A DNA stretch of 64,000 nt from Felis catus (lineage: Eukaryota): contig NC_058368.1 of assembly GCF_018350175.1 (NCBI RefSeq), positions 156,118,001-156,182,000 of the forward strand. The letters are read 5' to 3'. Below the pieces are notes generated by a model. That model was not told the DNA's origin. It worked only from the letters and a program-made list of their open reading frames with translations, and did no database searches. A program made the translations under genes and the position numbers. The number at the start of each line of letters is the position of its first letter. Position 1 is the stretch's first letter. Positions 40,122 through 52,205 of this stretch are shown here, one piece after another.

Positions 40122-40181
<60 letters not shown>

Positions 40182-40186
40182 CACAT

Positions 40187-40218
<32 letters not shown>
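40122..40218. repeat. Compound microsatellite (CT)n(TA)n(CA)n(TA)n
   Basis: Directly visible. Confidence 0.95.
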
Positions 40219-40289
40219 GCATATAATATATAAACGATTTATGTATATATATCCCCCAACCAGATCCCCCAAATCACAAATCTCATTAC

Positions 40290-40384
40290 CTGTTTTTGAG
40301 CAGTACACTGAAGGTCATCTTATCCAGTCCCAGATAATTTGGCAGCAAGTTTGACCAATTCCAGCTCCATTTTGTGATGGCTGA
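40290..40384 (-). CDS. KIAA0825: KIAA0825 penultimate coding exon (95 bp, phase 0-2): [31 protein letters not shown](R)
   Basis: Not in the ORF track; found by reading the minus strand. Acceptor tcttcccatttatcaacag|TCA and donor ACAG|gtaatg. It continues the frame of the previous exon and matches the recalled KIAA0825 near-terminal peptide. Confidence 0.9.
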
Positions 40385-41207
40385 CTGTTGATAAATGGGA
40401 AGACGCTATTGTTAGTTATTAATCAGAGTTAATATGATCAGTAAATTAAAGCTCCAGCTGTGATAGACTAACTAAGAAGGAGGGGGGTCCAGAACAAGGA
40501 CTTAGACAGATAGCATCAATCATGTCCACAGAAGAAGGTTTTTATTCCAATAAGACAGCAATTAATTTATAAATCCATTTGGGGATGTAGTCATTATTTA
40601 TAAAAATATAAATCAATTTCTTGAGTCGTTATTCTTCCAAGTGCTAATGGCATTTGCCCAACAAGTTTCTCTGAGAGGGTGACTCTTTGAAAAGTGAAAT
40701 AATTGGCAACTTTTTCATATATCCATTCATGGTTTTTATTTCTTTAGCATCCAGAGCTCTGATGTAAAAAACAAACTTAGAAGTGCTAGGACTCAAATTA
40801 CAAGACACAGCTTCATTAGAGTATGATATCAACGTTATTTTGGTTAAGAAAATGCTTTAAAGTGGAAATGAGAACGAGCTGTGAATGTAAAAAGCATTCT
40901 TTTTTCTCTTTTAATAGGTAATTTCACAACAAAGTAAAGAGAAAAATTACTGTGAAAGATAATCTCATAATTCAGAGCAGAATAAAACATGCCATTTATT
41001 TAAATGAAGTGAGGATAATTCAACAGCTACGATGATTATTTATGGTTTGGAGCCGTCTAATGTACAACATAGAGAAGCAGCCAATAAACTCAAACTTATA
41101 CAATATATTTGGTTTTCAAGTATTACAGATGCTTGCATTCCTTAAAATGAAATAGTTGTGCTAATAAGAGTCCAGGCCGATGTTTAAAATCCTACAAGAA
41201 CTATGCC

Positions 41208-41246
41208 CTGTCACTTGCTGATTAATGGAGCACCACAATCCTGTCA
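41208..41246 (+). promoter_or_regulatory. Candidate MEIS / PBX-HOX composite enhancer core
   Basis: CTGTCA (41208-41213), TGATTAATGG (41219-41228), CTGTCA (41241-41246). Confidence 0.4.
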
Positions 41247-42160
41247 TAGAGCAGGAGAATTCTGCCCCGGGTTGTCAGCATTTGAAGGTCTTATTCTACT
41301 ACAGTATTGATGAATGTAGACTAGGGTCGTAACAGGCATGGCAAAAATATTATCTGCATCCCGAATTAGGCCATTGTTTTAATTCTTATTTTCATCAGAG
41401 CTCTAGGTCAAGCAATCCTTCTCTTCTGCCCTGTTAGTTCAAATAGTCTGTCAAAAAGCTTTTTCCTTTTTTATTCACCAAAAGAACAAACAAAGCAAAA
41501 GCAACTTTAGACTTCAAATACTTTGGCATAAATTTGATCTATTTCACGTAATGACTGAAGCAGGTAGCTTCAACAGTGGCATAATCTGATGTTAAAAACG
41601 TGTGGTATTTATCACATTGACTTTATTCCAAGTATCCTGACTTAAAGATCAGGAATATGTTTAGGGTTATAAGAAGGGAAACATCTTATTCCACTTAAAA
41701 CAGGAGCTCAAGGCTTTATTTATAACTAATTATAAACTGTTATTATTTTCCTGATAAATTAGATAAATTCATAACAATTGCTAAGTGTTCTTTGAGTGTG
41801 TGGATCAGAGATGGGGGTGGGCACAAGAGAGGGAGAAGACTGTTACAAAATGCCTGGTTTTTCAGGCCTTCTGTAGACACAGCCTAACAGATGTTCCCAC
41901 TGCCCATGGCGAGCTGACCCGGTCAAAAGTTAAATTATACAGACCAAACATATGAATCAGTTTGACAAATAGAAAGAAGGTAAAATAACTATTTCAAAGT
42001 CAATTCATGTAGACTACATAGGTAAGAACAAGGCCTTTTGCTTCCTAGCCAAAAAAAAGAAAAAAGCTTATAAGTATTCAGACACAAAGCACCTTTTTTA
42101 TTTATGTAAAAAAAAAAAAAAAATCACATGTTTAAGGTAAACTTACTATTTTCCACATAC

Positions 42161-42319
42161 CTGATCTAGCATGTTTTCACTAAATGCCTTGTACACATGG
42201 AAAGGGTTAAAGGCAGAAGGCTGATCTTCCACACTCCTCAAGGTTGTCTTTAAAGGTCTGATGGGTAATGGCTTTTCCTCTGAACCATTCATAGAAAACA
42301 GCTGTTCTTTTAAATATTC
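42161..42319 (-). CDS. KIAA0825: KIAA0825 internal coding exon (159 bp, phase 0-0): [24 protein letters not shown]...[14 protein letters not shown]
   Basis: Acceptor tttttttttcccccttgaag|GAA and donor CAG|gtatgt. Exactly 53 open codons. Confidence 0.93.
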
Positions 42320-43189
42320 CTTCAAGGGGGAAAAAAAAATTACAAGTTGTGATGGTGGGAAGCATATATTCTCTTTAAAAATACACTGATCAATATCCAA
42401 ATCTACCCTTTCAGCACATTTGCTAGATTACAGTGTATTACTTGCCTCAGGACAGAATACATTTTCGGAAGAAACATAGCAGAATACCAATCAGCGTTGC
42501 AATAAACCCATCAAAAACAGGTTCACCTAATATATAGGATAGATTAGAAAACCATTTTACCAATTCTCACATAATGAATGTATGCTTGATATATCAGGAT
42601 GTTTTTAATAGGCATTGTCTTGTCATTGGTTCATGTGTTAACATGTCTGGTTACCAAAACTTAACTCAGATGCATGATTACTCACAGGACAAGATTGCTC
42701 ATTCATTCATTAAGTGAAGTTGTTATCTACTTCATGCTCAGCAGAGTGCTAAGTACTCTGATATTTCACTGCAAGCAATCTTACTCTGTGTAGAATTAAT
42801 TATAATTCAAACTCCTAAATTCTATTTCCATGCTCTTGACTGGAAAATATCAAGGTTCAAAAGAAGCTCAACATACGTAATTCTAACACCCCAACTGCCA
42901 GTGGCAGCCTGGGCAAAAAAGTCAATCTACTGCATTATATTTCATTCTCCATCCATAAATAAATAAGGTGAATGATCCTAATCTATTTTATTAGACTTCT
43001 TCTAGAAGACAACAATTAAAATGACTTACAGTTTCCTATAAACTATCAAATAGTAATGACTTAATGTTAATAAGTCATTTAATACATAAGGAATATAAAC
43101 ATTTTTCTGATTTTCAGTTTTTCTTCAAGAGTAGGCCTAGGTTCACAACATTAGAGCTGAAAAGGATGTCAGAGGTCATCTGGAAAACC

Positions 43190-43345
43190 CTTGGTACCCA
43201 CAGTCTAGGGCCTAGACCATTCAAGTCAGCCTTTCTTGGGAACTTAGAAAACCCGAATCTCAGACCCCACACCAAATAGAATCTGATCACTAACAGGGTT
43301 TCCCAGGAGATTGGTAGGCATATGAAAGTTTAAATAACTCTAGCC
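43190..43345. mobile_element. MER5A-like MITE, apparently within a MIR-like remnant (about 43140-43460)
   Basis: gaatctcagaccccac...agaatctg...taacagg..tcccaggagatt...atatgaaagttt. Confidence 0.5.
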
Positions 43346-43618
43346 CACCCCACATTCAGTGGTTGATTCTGAAAGGTCATGGGCTGAGCCTGAGGTTACA
43401 CAGGGGTGAGTGGTAGAGTGTGAGTGAGAATCCCCATATTTGGTTTCAGTTCACTGTGCTTTTTCCTGTGGCTCTGTAACTTCGGGAATAGAGAATGCCC
43501 ACTGCACTCATCCCGGAAGGTAAATTTGAGTTCCTGAAACCGTAAAAATCACCACTTAACAATGATAATCATTTCTTAAACTTGCTCATTGTGGACCACA
43601 TCTCCTTAGATTAATTCC

Positions 43619-43621
<3 letters not shown>

Positions 43622-43666
<45 letters not shown>
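43622..43666. repeat. (CA)n microsatellite
   Basis: Directly visible. Confidence 0.95.
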
Positions 43667-43669
<3 letters not shown>

Positions 43670-46411
43670 TCCTACTAAGTATCATTAGATAATAATAAAG
43701 CCACCAAAAAAGAATTTTATGCCTAGATTTAGATTTTTACACAGAAATAAAATTTCTCTGCATTATGATTTCGGAATGTAAAATTTTAAAAAGGAGTAAA
43801 AGATTCTAACGAGAACAACTGCTTTGTTTTGGCTAATGGCAATCTGTCTCAACTGATTTCCCCTTACATTGCTGCATTTCGGCTTTTTTTGTTCCACAAT
43901 TCAAAAAAGATAAAGTGCTGTGTTGCAAGTTGTCAACACAATGGTGTTTTCTCCCTTGTTAATTTCTCTGGCCTCTCTGCTATCTTGACCATGGTCGCTA
44001 CCCCTTCTAAAAAAAACTGATTTTCTGCGGTGTCGCTTTAACCGGATTCACTGCTAAATCTGATGTACTTCTTTGGAAAAAAAATATATTCTTCTTTTAA
44101 CATCCTTTTGAACACTCTACCGGTGCAGTTACATTAAAGCTTATTTCTCTACCCACCGTTTCTGCATTTTTCTCCACTGGAAGAGCTCCACCAGTCCCAC
44201 GACCTCAACTACCAAACTCACTGAGGCCACCAAAAACTATAGTCACGGCCTTCCTCATCTTTGCTCATGGCCAGGTTCTTCAACTACCCACTGAACTTTT
44301 AACTAAGACATCTGACCTTTATCTCAAAGACAAACATTCTTAAACTCATTTCGTCTGACAACTTTGTTGTTACTCGATGGCACGCTCATTCTTCCCCTTA
44401 CCCATGCCTGTACCTGTCAATGCATCTGTATTTATGCTGCCATTTGGAAGCATATTAAACAGTACACCTGAGAATGCTAAAGACTCATAACGCTCAGCAA
44501 ATGAACGCATTTCACAGTGCAAATTTTACCTACAGCATAGCAATGCCTCAGTATAAAAGCAGCTCGAAGTAGTAACACTAGGTGCCTAGTCAGCCTTATG
44601 TTGTTATTGAATTTTTTGCCTGTTTTGTTTTAGTAGTCATAAGACAAAGGGCTCACTACTTTTTCTGGCTCTAGCCTCACCTCACAGCAGGCCTCTTACC
44701 TTGCCGCGATATTTCGCATTCGGCACAGTAAATCAACAAGTACGTGGCTTGACGTCCACGTACTTGATAAACACTGCCCTAACAGTAAGTTTCTTCAGTT
44801 GTAATGAAAGAAAAATCCTAACTCTGAACTTAATTGATCAAAATGAAGCAGTGCCCCAGTGAGGAGCCTTATATACAACAGGTCTCACAATAGACCTGGT
44901 CAGAGCCCCTGCCTCAAACGTCCACAAGCTCTAGGAGGGAAAAACAGCCTTTTGATTGATTTCCTGAATATGACAGGTGGCTGAGAGCCAGTAAATATCC
45001 AACTTAATTTCTCTTATTGGTGATTACTGATCTTTTTCATGCCAAAGGCTTTTAAAAAGTGGACTCGTCTATCAGTTTGGCAATCTATACCAGCCACGAC
45101 TGTTCTCAGAACTCTTGCAACGCCACTTTCCCCATGGTAATCCTACTTCAACAGCTGTTCCTCAGTAATCACCATGGTTACTTAAGCCAATCTGGGTGGC
45201 CACGTGGACATGCCAGTGAAGACCATGACTTCGCAGTGGTGGTCTTTCCATTAGCCAAGGCCAGGAGCACCTGAGTTCCCCACATAGAAACCCTTAACAA
45301 ATTACGAGGGATCATTAGCAAATGTGAATAGGTAGTAGGTAGCTAACAATTATATACTGAGCTTAGGTGCCTCAGGGACTGGACCATTCCTCATAGCAAC
45401 AAATCCTTCCCTTCTTTCTCAGGCAATCATTGAATGCACTATTATATCACCTGTTTATAGGTTGACTGGTTGATTAGCTCTAGGAAAGCCAGGAAACAAA
45501 ATTTACTTGAAGTAACTTTCAGATAGATGGTAGCAGGAAGAACATTTATATAACTGGGTTGTAAAATGCTGTGGTAGAATTTAATTCACTCCTTGGAAAT
45601 TTATGGTTTTTAAGGCCTACCTCATTGAGATAAAACACTATAGCTTCACATTATTCATATTATAGAATTTTTAGTATTTCCAAAAATACATGCATGCGTT
45701 TGCAAATATAAACATAATTCTAATGCACATTAGATGTCACATTCTAATTCACATACAAATGCTCAGATTAAAAACCTGATCAAGTTGGCAAACTTGTATT
45801 GTTTCAAGGCAATAACTGAGATACCTGCTCTTTACATTTTTGTTCAAACAGCCACAAACATGCAAGGTCAGAGGCTTAACCCAGCAGAGACATAGACAAG
45901 CATGACATTGGCTCTAACCAGTGTCCATACGTTAATGCATTTTCTTGGGTTAATCTAGTTGCTCCCGAGTATGGCTCAATATTCTTCCGAAATTTTCTCA
46001 TTATGTGAGAAATCTCCAACTTCACCAAGTATGACGTCTATAGGAGAAGAAGTACATCTCTCTGAGGAAAATTCATCATTCGCCAACAGCAGATTTTAAC
46101 ATCAGCTTAACAGTCACAAACACACAATTCCCAAACTACACGTCTAGTCTATACAATTCAGAACTGCACTGAGTTTATGAGCCGTGTTATTGTTTAAACC
46201 ATATAAATAAAACCTACATTGTTTCGGTGAAGCTTCTGCTGTACAAATGCAGAACAGCCGGGGCTGAATAGATTCTATTAATAATGCAATATTGAGTTTG
46301 GTATTGACTTTAAGAAGTATTATCACCTCCTTGACTAACCCTTAGCTGCCAGCAGACGCTGCCTCAGGCCAGTACACACCTAATTGCTCGGTAAAAAGGC
46401 CGTTTCCCTAC

Positions 46412-46571
46412 CTCATTGAGCCGCATGATGTGATAAATTTGCCGCAGGTACTCGCTGCCACCTGGTTTGTGGCAGATATCCAGGACCATCATGTTTATTT
46501 TCTGCTCAGTCAGTTCAAGAGCACTATCTCCTTCTTCTAAGGCTGTGCTTTTCTCCATTGTCATAAATGCA
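46412..46571 (-). CDS. KIAA0825: KIAA0825 internal coding exon (160 bp, phase 2-0): (C)[24 protein letters not shown]...[13 protein letters not shown]
   Basis: Acceptor tttctttgtgtttag|T and donor GAG|gtaggg. TG from the previous exon plus T makes Cys; 53 further codons are open. Confidence 0.93.
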
Positions 46572-49323
46572 CTAAACACAAAGAAAGCCTATAAGTATCA
46601 GTGATGAAGAATTGTAAAGATGGAAAATAATCAAAGAGATTGAGTGTGGAGAGTCGATGTAAATCTCATATTCAAAGCACCATAAAGACTGCTCAAATAG
46701 GTAAGCCTTCCCAAACCGCCCCTGCTCATAGAAATAGTGCCTCAGGACTGAGCACCTGAAAGCATTTTTAAAAATTGAACGGTTTCTTTTAAAACACTTC
46801 TTTATTGCATTTATACTCCTATCTATAAAACATTTTCCCATTACTGCAATTGTTGAAATTGCTATAATCATGGGATGAAAACAAAACATTTCTTTTTAAG
46901 AACATGTAAGAAATAATTTGTATTTTCTCTTTGAGGATAAAAAGTATCTTTGATGCCAGAAATAGCTTTGGTATTCTGTCTTTTGTAGATTCCTCTTTAC
47001 ACCTGTCGTAGAACACATTAAAGACTAATTAAAGTGTCAAAAGGGGAGCCTATTATGCTAAATATAGGCTGGGTGCTTCCTGGCAGTGTGCTTACCACTG
47101 GGTATTTTACATTAGCCTTTTGACACTTGTTGCCTTTTAAAAATATAAGGCCCCTCTCCTGTTTCTTCTTGGTAAGGACACCTAGCAAAAGTCACTGCCC
47201 TGATTATTCTTTCAGGAAAAGGATCTAATGTCACCACGCCGGGAATATGCAAGTTTTATTTGTGAAACATTTCTAAAAACACATACTCTTGTTATTGATT
47301 TTAAACATTATTTACATAGTAATGATGAATGACATAAGTAAAAAAAAAATTCTCAAACTATACCAGTGCAAAAGAACTCTATACAACATGCATCATATAT
47401 ATTCCATACTACTTTTCTTATTACACTTGATATTAGGTATGATCATGTTAGGCTTTGCAATCTAAGCATTCTTAAGAAAATTCATGGTTTTCCACTGTTT
47501 CTCAGACTAAATGAAATTTACTGTGGTGTAATCAACTATATACTGCAGTTCATTACTGAGATTTTGCCATGATTATAAAATTAGTTCTGCTAAGAGTCAG
47601 TGCCGCTGACCTGAAGACTGAACCAAATGATACCCAGCTGCTGGACATTAACTTTTATATTGCTTCCACATGTAGCTTCCAAACATCTTTCTTAGAAAAA
47701 AAAAAAGAACTTTACAATTGTATAAGGCTTGCTAAAAGTAAAGCAAATTCTACTCTTAGAGATATTCATTAGCTGCAGTAAATTTTTAATAAACAGACAA
47801 AAAGACCTTGTTGCAGTAAAAGGAGTTTGTAAATATCTTTTTTGAAGCTGCACACAGGTTGCAAGCAAAATTTCGTGTCAGGTTTTGTTGAGGCTGACAT
47901 TGAAAAAGTTGAGGCCCTCTGACAAAGGAGTGTCTCAGTGTCAGCCCCTGAATTGTATCCTTTCCTGTCCATCACTGTGCAGGTGAAGCAAATGATTGGA
48001 TTCAGTCAATGCTATGATTAATGAGTTCCTCTCTGGATTTGGGACTGCCTATCAATCATGTCATTAGGGAGAATGTGCCCTGAAAGAGGCAGACCTTAGC
48101 CAAGGAATAACTGCATTAATCTTAATCTGTATATGCACCCAGCCAGCCAAGTCAGGGTCACCATGATGAAAAACAATAATCTTCAACTCGACAAATTACT
48201 TTGCAAAGACAGACATTTCTTTACTTTTTGGGCTGTGTGTTCTCCAGAATCTAAGTTGACTGTTTACAGCTTGAGTGTTACTACAAAGTGAAGGTTATTT
48301 TAATGAATAGTAATGCTTTCGGGCAGTGTGCAAGACAAGCAATGCTTCCAGCTGCCACCTTTCCACTGCAGATATTTTCACAATTTTCATAAAATCAAAA
48401 TTAAGTCTGAATCCATGTGAAAGAGATCTAGCTAAGTGACGTTGCGTAGTTCCAAGATGATCTTCCTGGGGAATTAACATTTCATTTATTTTAACAGAAG
48501 AATTGTTTAAGTTTAAATGGTTACATTCTCAAACTTAAAACAGTTATGATAAAGCCAAGGAAACCCTCTATCTATATACAGACATCGTGGTTTAAAATAC
48601 ATTTTCCTAATGGTAGAGATCTATAAACAAAATGATCATCAATCATCAATTTGTGAGATGTGTAGACGGGGAAGTTTACTTGTATAATAGACAATCAACC
48701 TGAAATCAAAGTCAAGAAGTACCATCCTATAGTGCCCGAATCCTGTAGAGGTGACCTAAAGTGAATTAGTAGGTCAAATTTAACTTTTTCAAATAAATAT
48801 AAGAACTAACTTTTAATCTGAATTCTTATATATTTGCATTTCAGAAATTGAGAAAGATGTAGCATTGTGCTTATTACATGCTTCCATAATGTACATTCAG
48901 GACCTTTTTAAAACATTTTTAAAAATCAGCAATTCTTCATTTCAGATGCATGTTCCAACAGAGAGCTAATCAGCCAAATATTAGCTGGACAACTCCCTAT
49001 GTAGGAGGTATCAGATACAGTGGTGCTGTTTATAAAGACTTTAAACCAACTTTTAATGAAAACATATTATTTATGGATTCCTGTATGCGTCCTCAGGTAT
49101 ATTACTGAGACATTACTTTAAACTGACCTTATTGACAGAGGGACTCCTAAATCAAAAGTATCAGAAATTTAACTGTATAATCAGATCCACTATTATTCTT
49201 TTTTTCTCTCCTTTACAACCACTGCCATGGATAATGACATCTGGCCTTAATCTTTTAGTCATTGAATTAAAGCTTGTAAATTGGGATTGAATGCAAATGT
49301 AAAGATTAAGAAAGTTGCTTTCA

Positions 49324-49546
49324 GGAGCACCTGGGTGGCTCAGTGGGTTAAATGTCCGACTTTGGCTCAGGTCATGATCTCAGAGTTCCTGGGTTCCAGC
49401 CCTGCGTTGGGCTGTGTGTTGACAGCTCAGGGCCTGGAGCCTGCTTCAGATTCTGTGTCTCCCTCTCTCTGTCCCTCCCCAGCTCACGCTCTGTCTCTCG
49501 CTCTGTCTCCCGCTCTCTCTCAAAAATAAATAAAGATTAAAAAAAA
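49324..49546 (+). mobile_element. SINEC_Fc
   Basis: TSD attaagaaagttg(c/t)tttcag. Confidence 0.93.
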
Positions 49547-50859
49547 ATTAAGAAAGTTGTTTTCAGAGATACTAAGCACTTGCCTGACTGCAATTGTTAT
49601 TCCTACCCACAGGACATGCCAGAAGTACATTTCTAGAAGTCACTATGACAAGACCAGGAAAATCACGATTACCTACATTTTTCCATTTGGATGAATACAG
49701 ATTAATTGGATTAACACAGTTTTACAGACTAATACAAACCAGTAAAGAGTATTTGTTACCATAATACCAGTGAGTGCAATGTGTTTTAATAGGCTTTATA
49801 AATAAGAAATGCTTGCTACTTCTAAGCTTGATGTTAAGAACTTTATCAATGTTATTTAAATTTTCTAAATCATGCCATCAGCTTGGTCTCACCACTGAAA
49901 ATGAGGCTTTGAGAGATTCCATAATTTGTCCAAGATGGCCCACTTACAAGGGATTTGTATTTGTCTGTCTGATTCCAAAGTCTGAGTTCTTTGTCACTAC
50001 AAAGAACTATGTAGTAAGGAAAGTAACAACTTTTAGTCGTTTCAGGCAGAAAGTCAAAATAGTATCTGCTAGAATCATGAATATATTTTAAAAGAATGGG
50101 GGACAGTGTGTGGAGTGGTATAAAAAAGGGCTGGCTTAGTGATCTGTAGACCATATGAACCATAATTTCTTTATCAATATCATGCAGTTCTATACTGAAG
50201 ACGAATTTTAAGACAGGAGTACTCTATGTACATATTTAAATTCATCAGGGACCCTTAAAAATCTTAGCAATACCACAAATCACTTAGCTCTTGGTGACAA
50301 ACCTATGAGAAGGCTGACATTTTCATACAGAAACAGCTGGGTGTGTTTATAGCTCGAGTGTGATATGCCCCAGCTGCCCTCTGGGATTCTTACATTACCA
50401 GATGAAAAATGTGTACCTTTTTGACAATCAGGTACACAGAAAGCAATAAAAAGCCTTTTATACCCATTAATTCCTTCTTAATTTAATCTCCATGCCCAAT
50501 CCATTTACAAAACGCTCCAGGCTATCCACTAGATACCTGTTTGTGCACTGAAAAGAAATGAAACCAAATTCTCTTGGGTTTAACTCCCACCCTTTTTATC
50601 AGAAACCTTAAGATGGTGAGTAAACAAGTATAATGTTCCAGGGTATCAATGGGGTTCAAATTTTCATAAAACAAGGCACATCTAAATAATGCAGTTTTTG
50701 TTGGAATATTTACCTTTTTCTGTATTCATCAAAGTTCCCATTAAGTTAATAGAATAACCATTGTTGCCTATCTTAATGGTATTTTGTTGTTGTTTATTGG
50801 TAATTTTGTTATAGTGAACATATTTAATGAAATTCAGTGAAAGAAAAACATTGCTTTAC

Positions 50860-51268
50860 CATTTGGTGCTCAGTTTCCTTGCCTTCACCAACTGGCTCTC
50901 AATCCAGTTGGGTTTCTGCTGCTCAATGATCTGTATGACCTTTTGAGTCATTTGATTAGGGTCACTTGTCTGCTTTCCCATGATACTTTCCAAACACAAG
51001 CAGATTAAACCAAGTTTCTCTTTACTCCATCTGTCAAGGGAGGCACCTGTTAAAAGTTCCACAGTGTTTCCATCCTCAAATATCTGACATATAATTACAA
51101 TCAAGTTCCAGACAAGGAGGCTAGCTTTCTTCAATTCAACAAAGTTTTTTGACATTTTTCTCTCAGACAGAAAAAAGAAGTATTTAATTGGGGGAGGCAA
51201 ACATGCAATCACCGTAGGTAACTCGCTGATTACAATAGATACTGCCTGAGCAGCAAGCCTCGTGAAGC
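50860..51268 (-). CDS. KIAA0825: KIAA0825 internal coding exon (409 bp, phase 1-2): (G)[37 protein letters not shown]...[11 protein letters not shown](C)
   Basis: Polypyrimidine tract with ccccag|GC acceptor and AAATG|gtaaag donor. It lies within the 196-aa ORF 50856-51446. Phases match both neighbouring exons. Confidence 0.93.
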
Positions 51269-51479
51269 CTGGGGAAGAAAAGAAAGAAAAGGTATGATTA
51301 ATATTAGCATTTGCATTCCATCTCTGTGTTGTTTTCAGTGTTGCGTAAGGATGTCTAATTTTTGTGGAGAAAATTGTTGAGAAGAGCAAGTGCTTGACAT
51401 ATTCTGACAGAACTCTACTGGGATCCCCTCCAGTGCTGCCTAACATTCCTCAAGTCTCAAACTCATTTTTTGCTCTCTC

Positions 51480-52205
51480 ACAAATGAAGATTCGAAAATT
51501 TTAAATTATTAGGTATATTTTTGTCTATTAAGACTGCAGGGGTAAAGGGCTCCGATGTCCTCTTAATTAACAAATGCAAAAGCACTCCTGGTGGACCTCT
51601 TTGTGGCCTTTGATACTTTCTTAAACCTTTCTCCTCTTCCCTTGAAATCCATAGCAGAATTATACCGGGTCTTGTCAGGACTGGCTCCTCTTCTTCCACT
51701 TCTTTTTATTATTTATTTTTTTTTAATGTTTGCTTATTTATTTTTGAGAGAGAGAGAGCGAGAGGGCGAAGGGCAGAGAGAGAGAGGGAGACAGAGGATG
51801 AGAAGCAGGCTCCGCACTGTCAGGGCAGAGTCCCATGCACAGCTCAAACCCACAAACCATGAGATCATGACCTGAGCTGAAGTTCGACACTTGACTGAGC
51901 CGCACCCAGGTGCGCCTCTTCTTCTTAGCACAAATGTCACCTCCTCAGAGAGACTTCACTCACCACCCCATCCAGAGCATCCCTTCATGCTCTTCCCATC
52001 CCAGCTCCCACTTCCTCTGTATCATTAGACGCCATTTTGTTGCCTTTATTATAGCACTTAACCATTGTCTAATAAATATCTCCTTAATTCTTCTTTATCT
52101 GTTACTATCCACTAGAATATAAGCTTCATGAAGGCACTTCTGTATCCTCAACCCTTAGTACCTCATATATCAGTTGTTCAATAAATATTTGGTGAATAAA
52201 TGGGT
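51480..52205 (+). mobile_element. L2 3' remnant interrupted by a SINE
   Basis: aaatgtcacctcctcagagag...cactagaatataagcttcatgaaggca...ttcaataaatatttggtgaataaatg. Confidence 0.65.
51700..51916 (-). mobile_element. Can-SINE (SINEC_Fc type)
   Basis: T-rich tail, (GA)n, head ending cacccaggtgcgcc. Confidence 0.9.

Larger units (their letters stand above)
1..40289 (-). other. KIAA0825: Part of the long final intron of KIAA0825 (continues beyond the window start)
   Basis: A donor is present at 40289, and I found no downstream exon encoding the expected acidic C-terminal peptide in 1-40289. This was checked by eye only. Confidence 0.7.

Noticed and set aside
50856..51446. 196-aa ORF as a standalone gene
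   Set aside because: It is the 409-bp KIAA0825 exon plus open intronic sequence; strong splice sites lie inside it.
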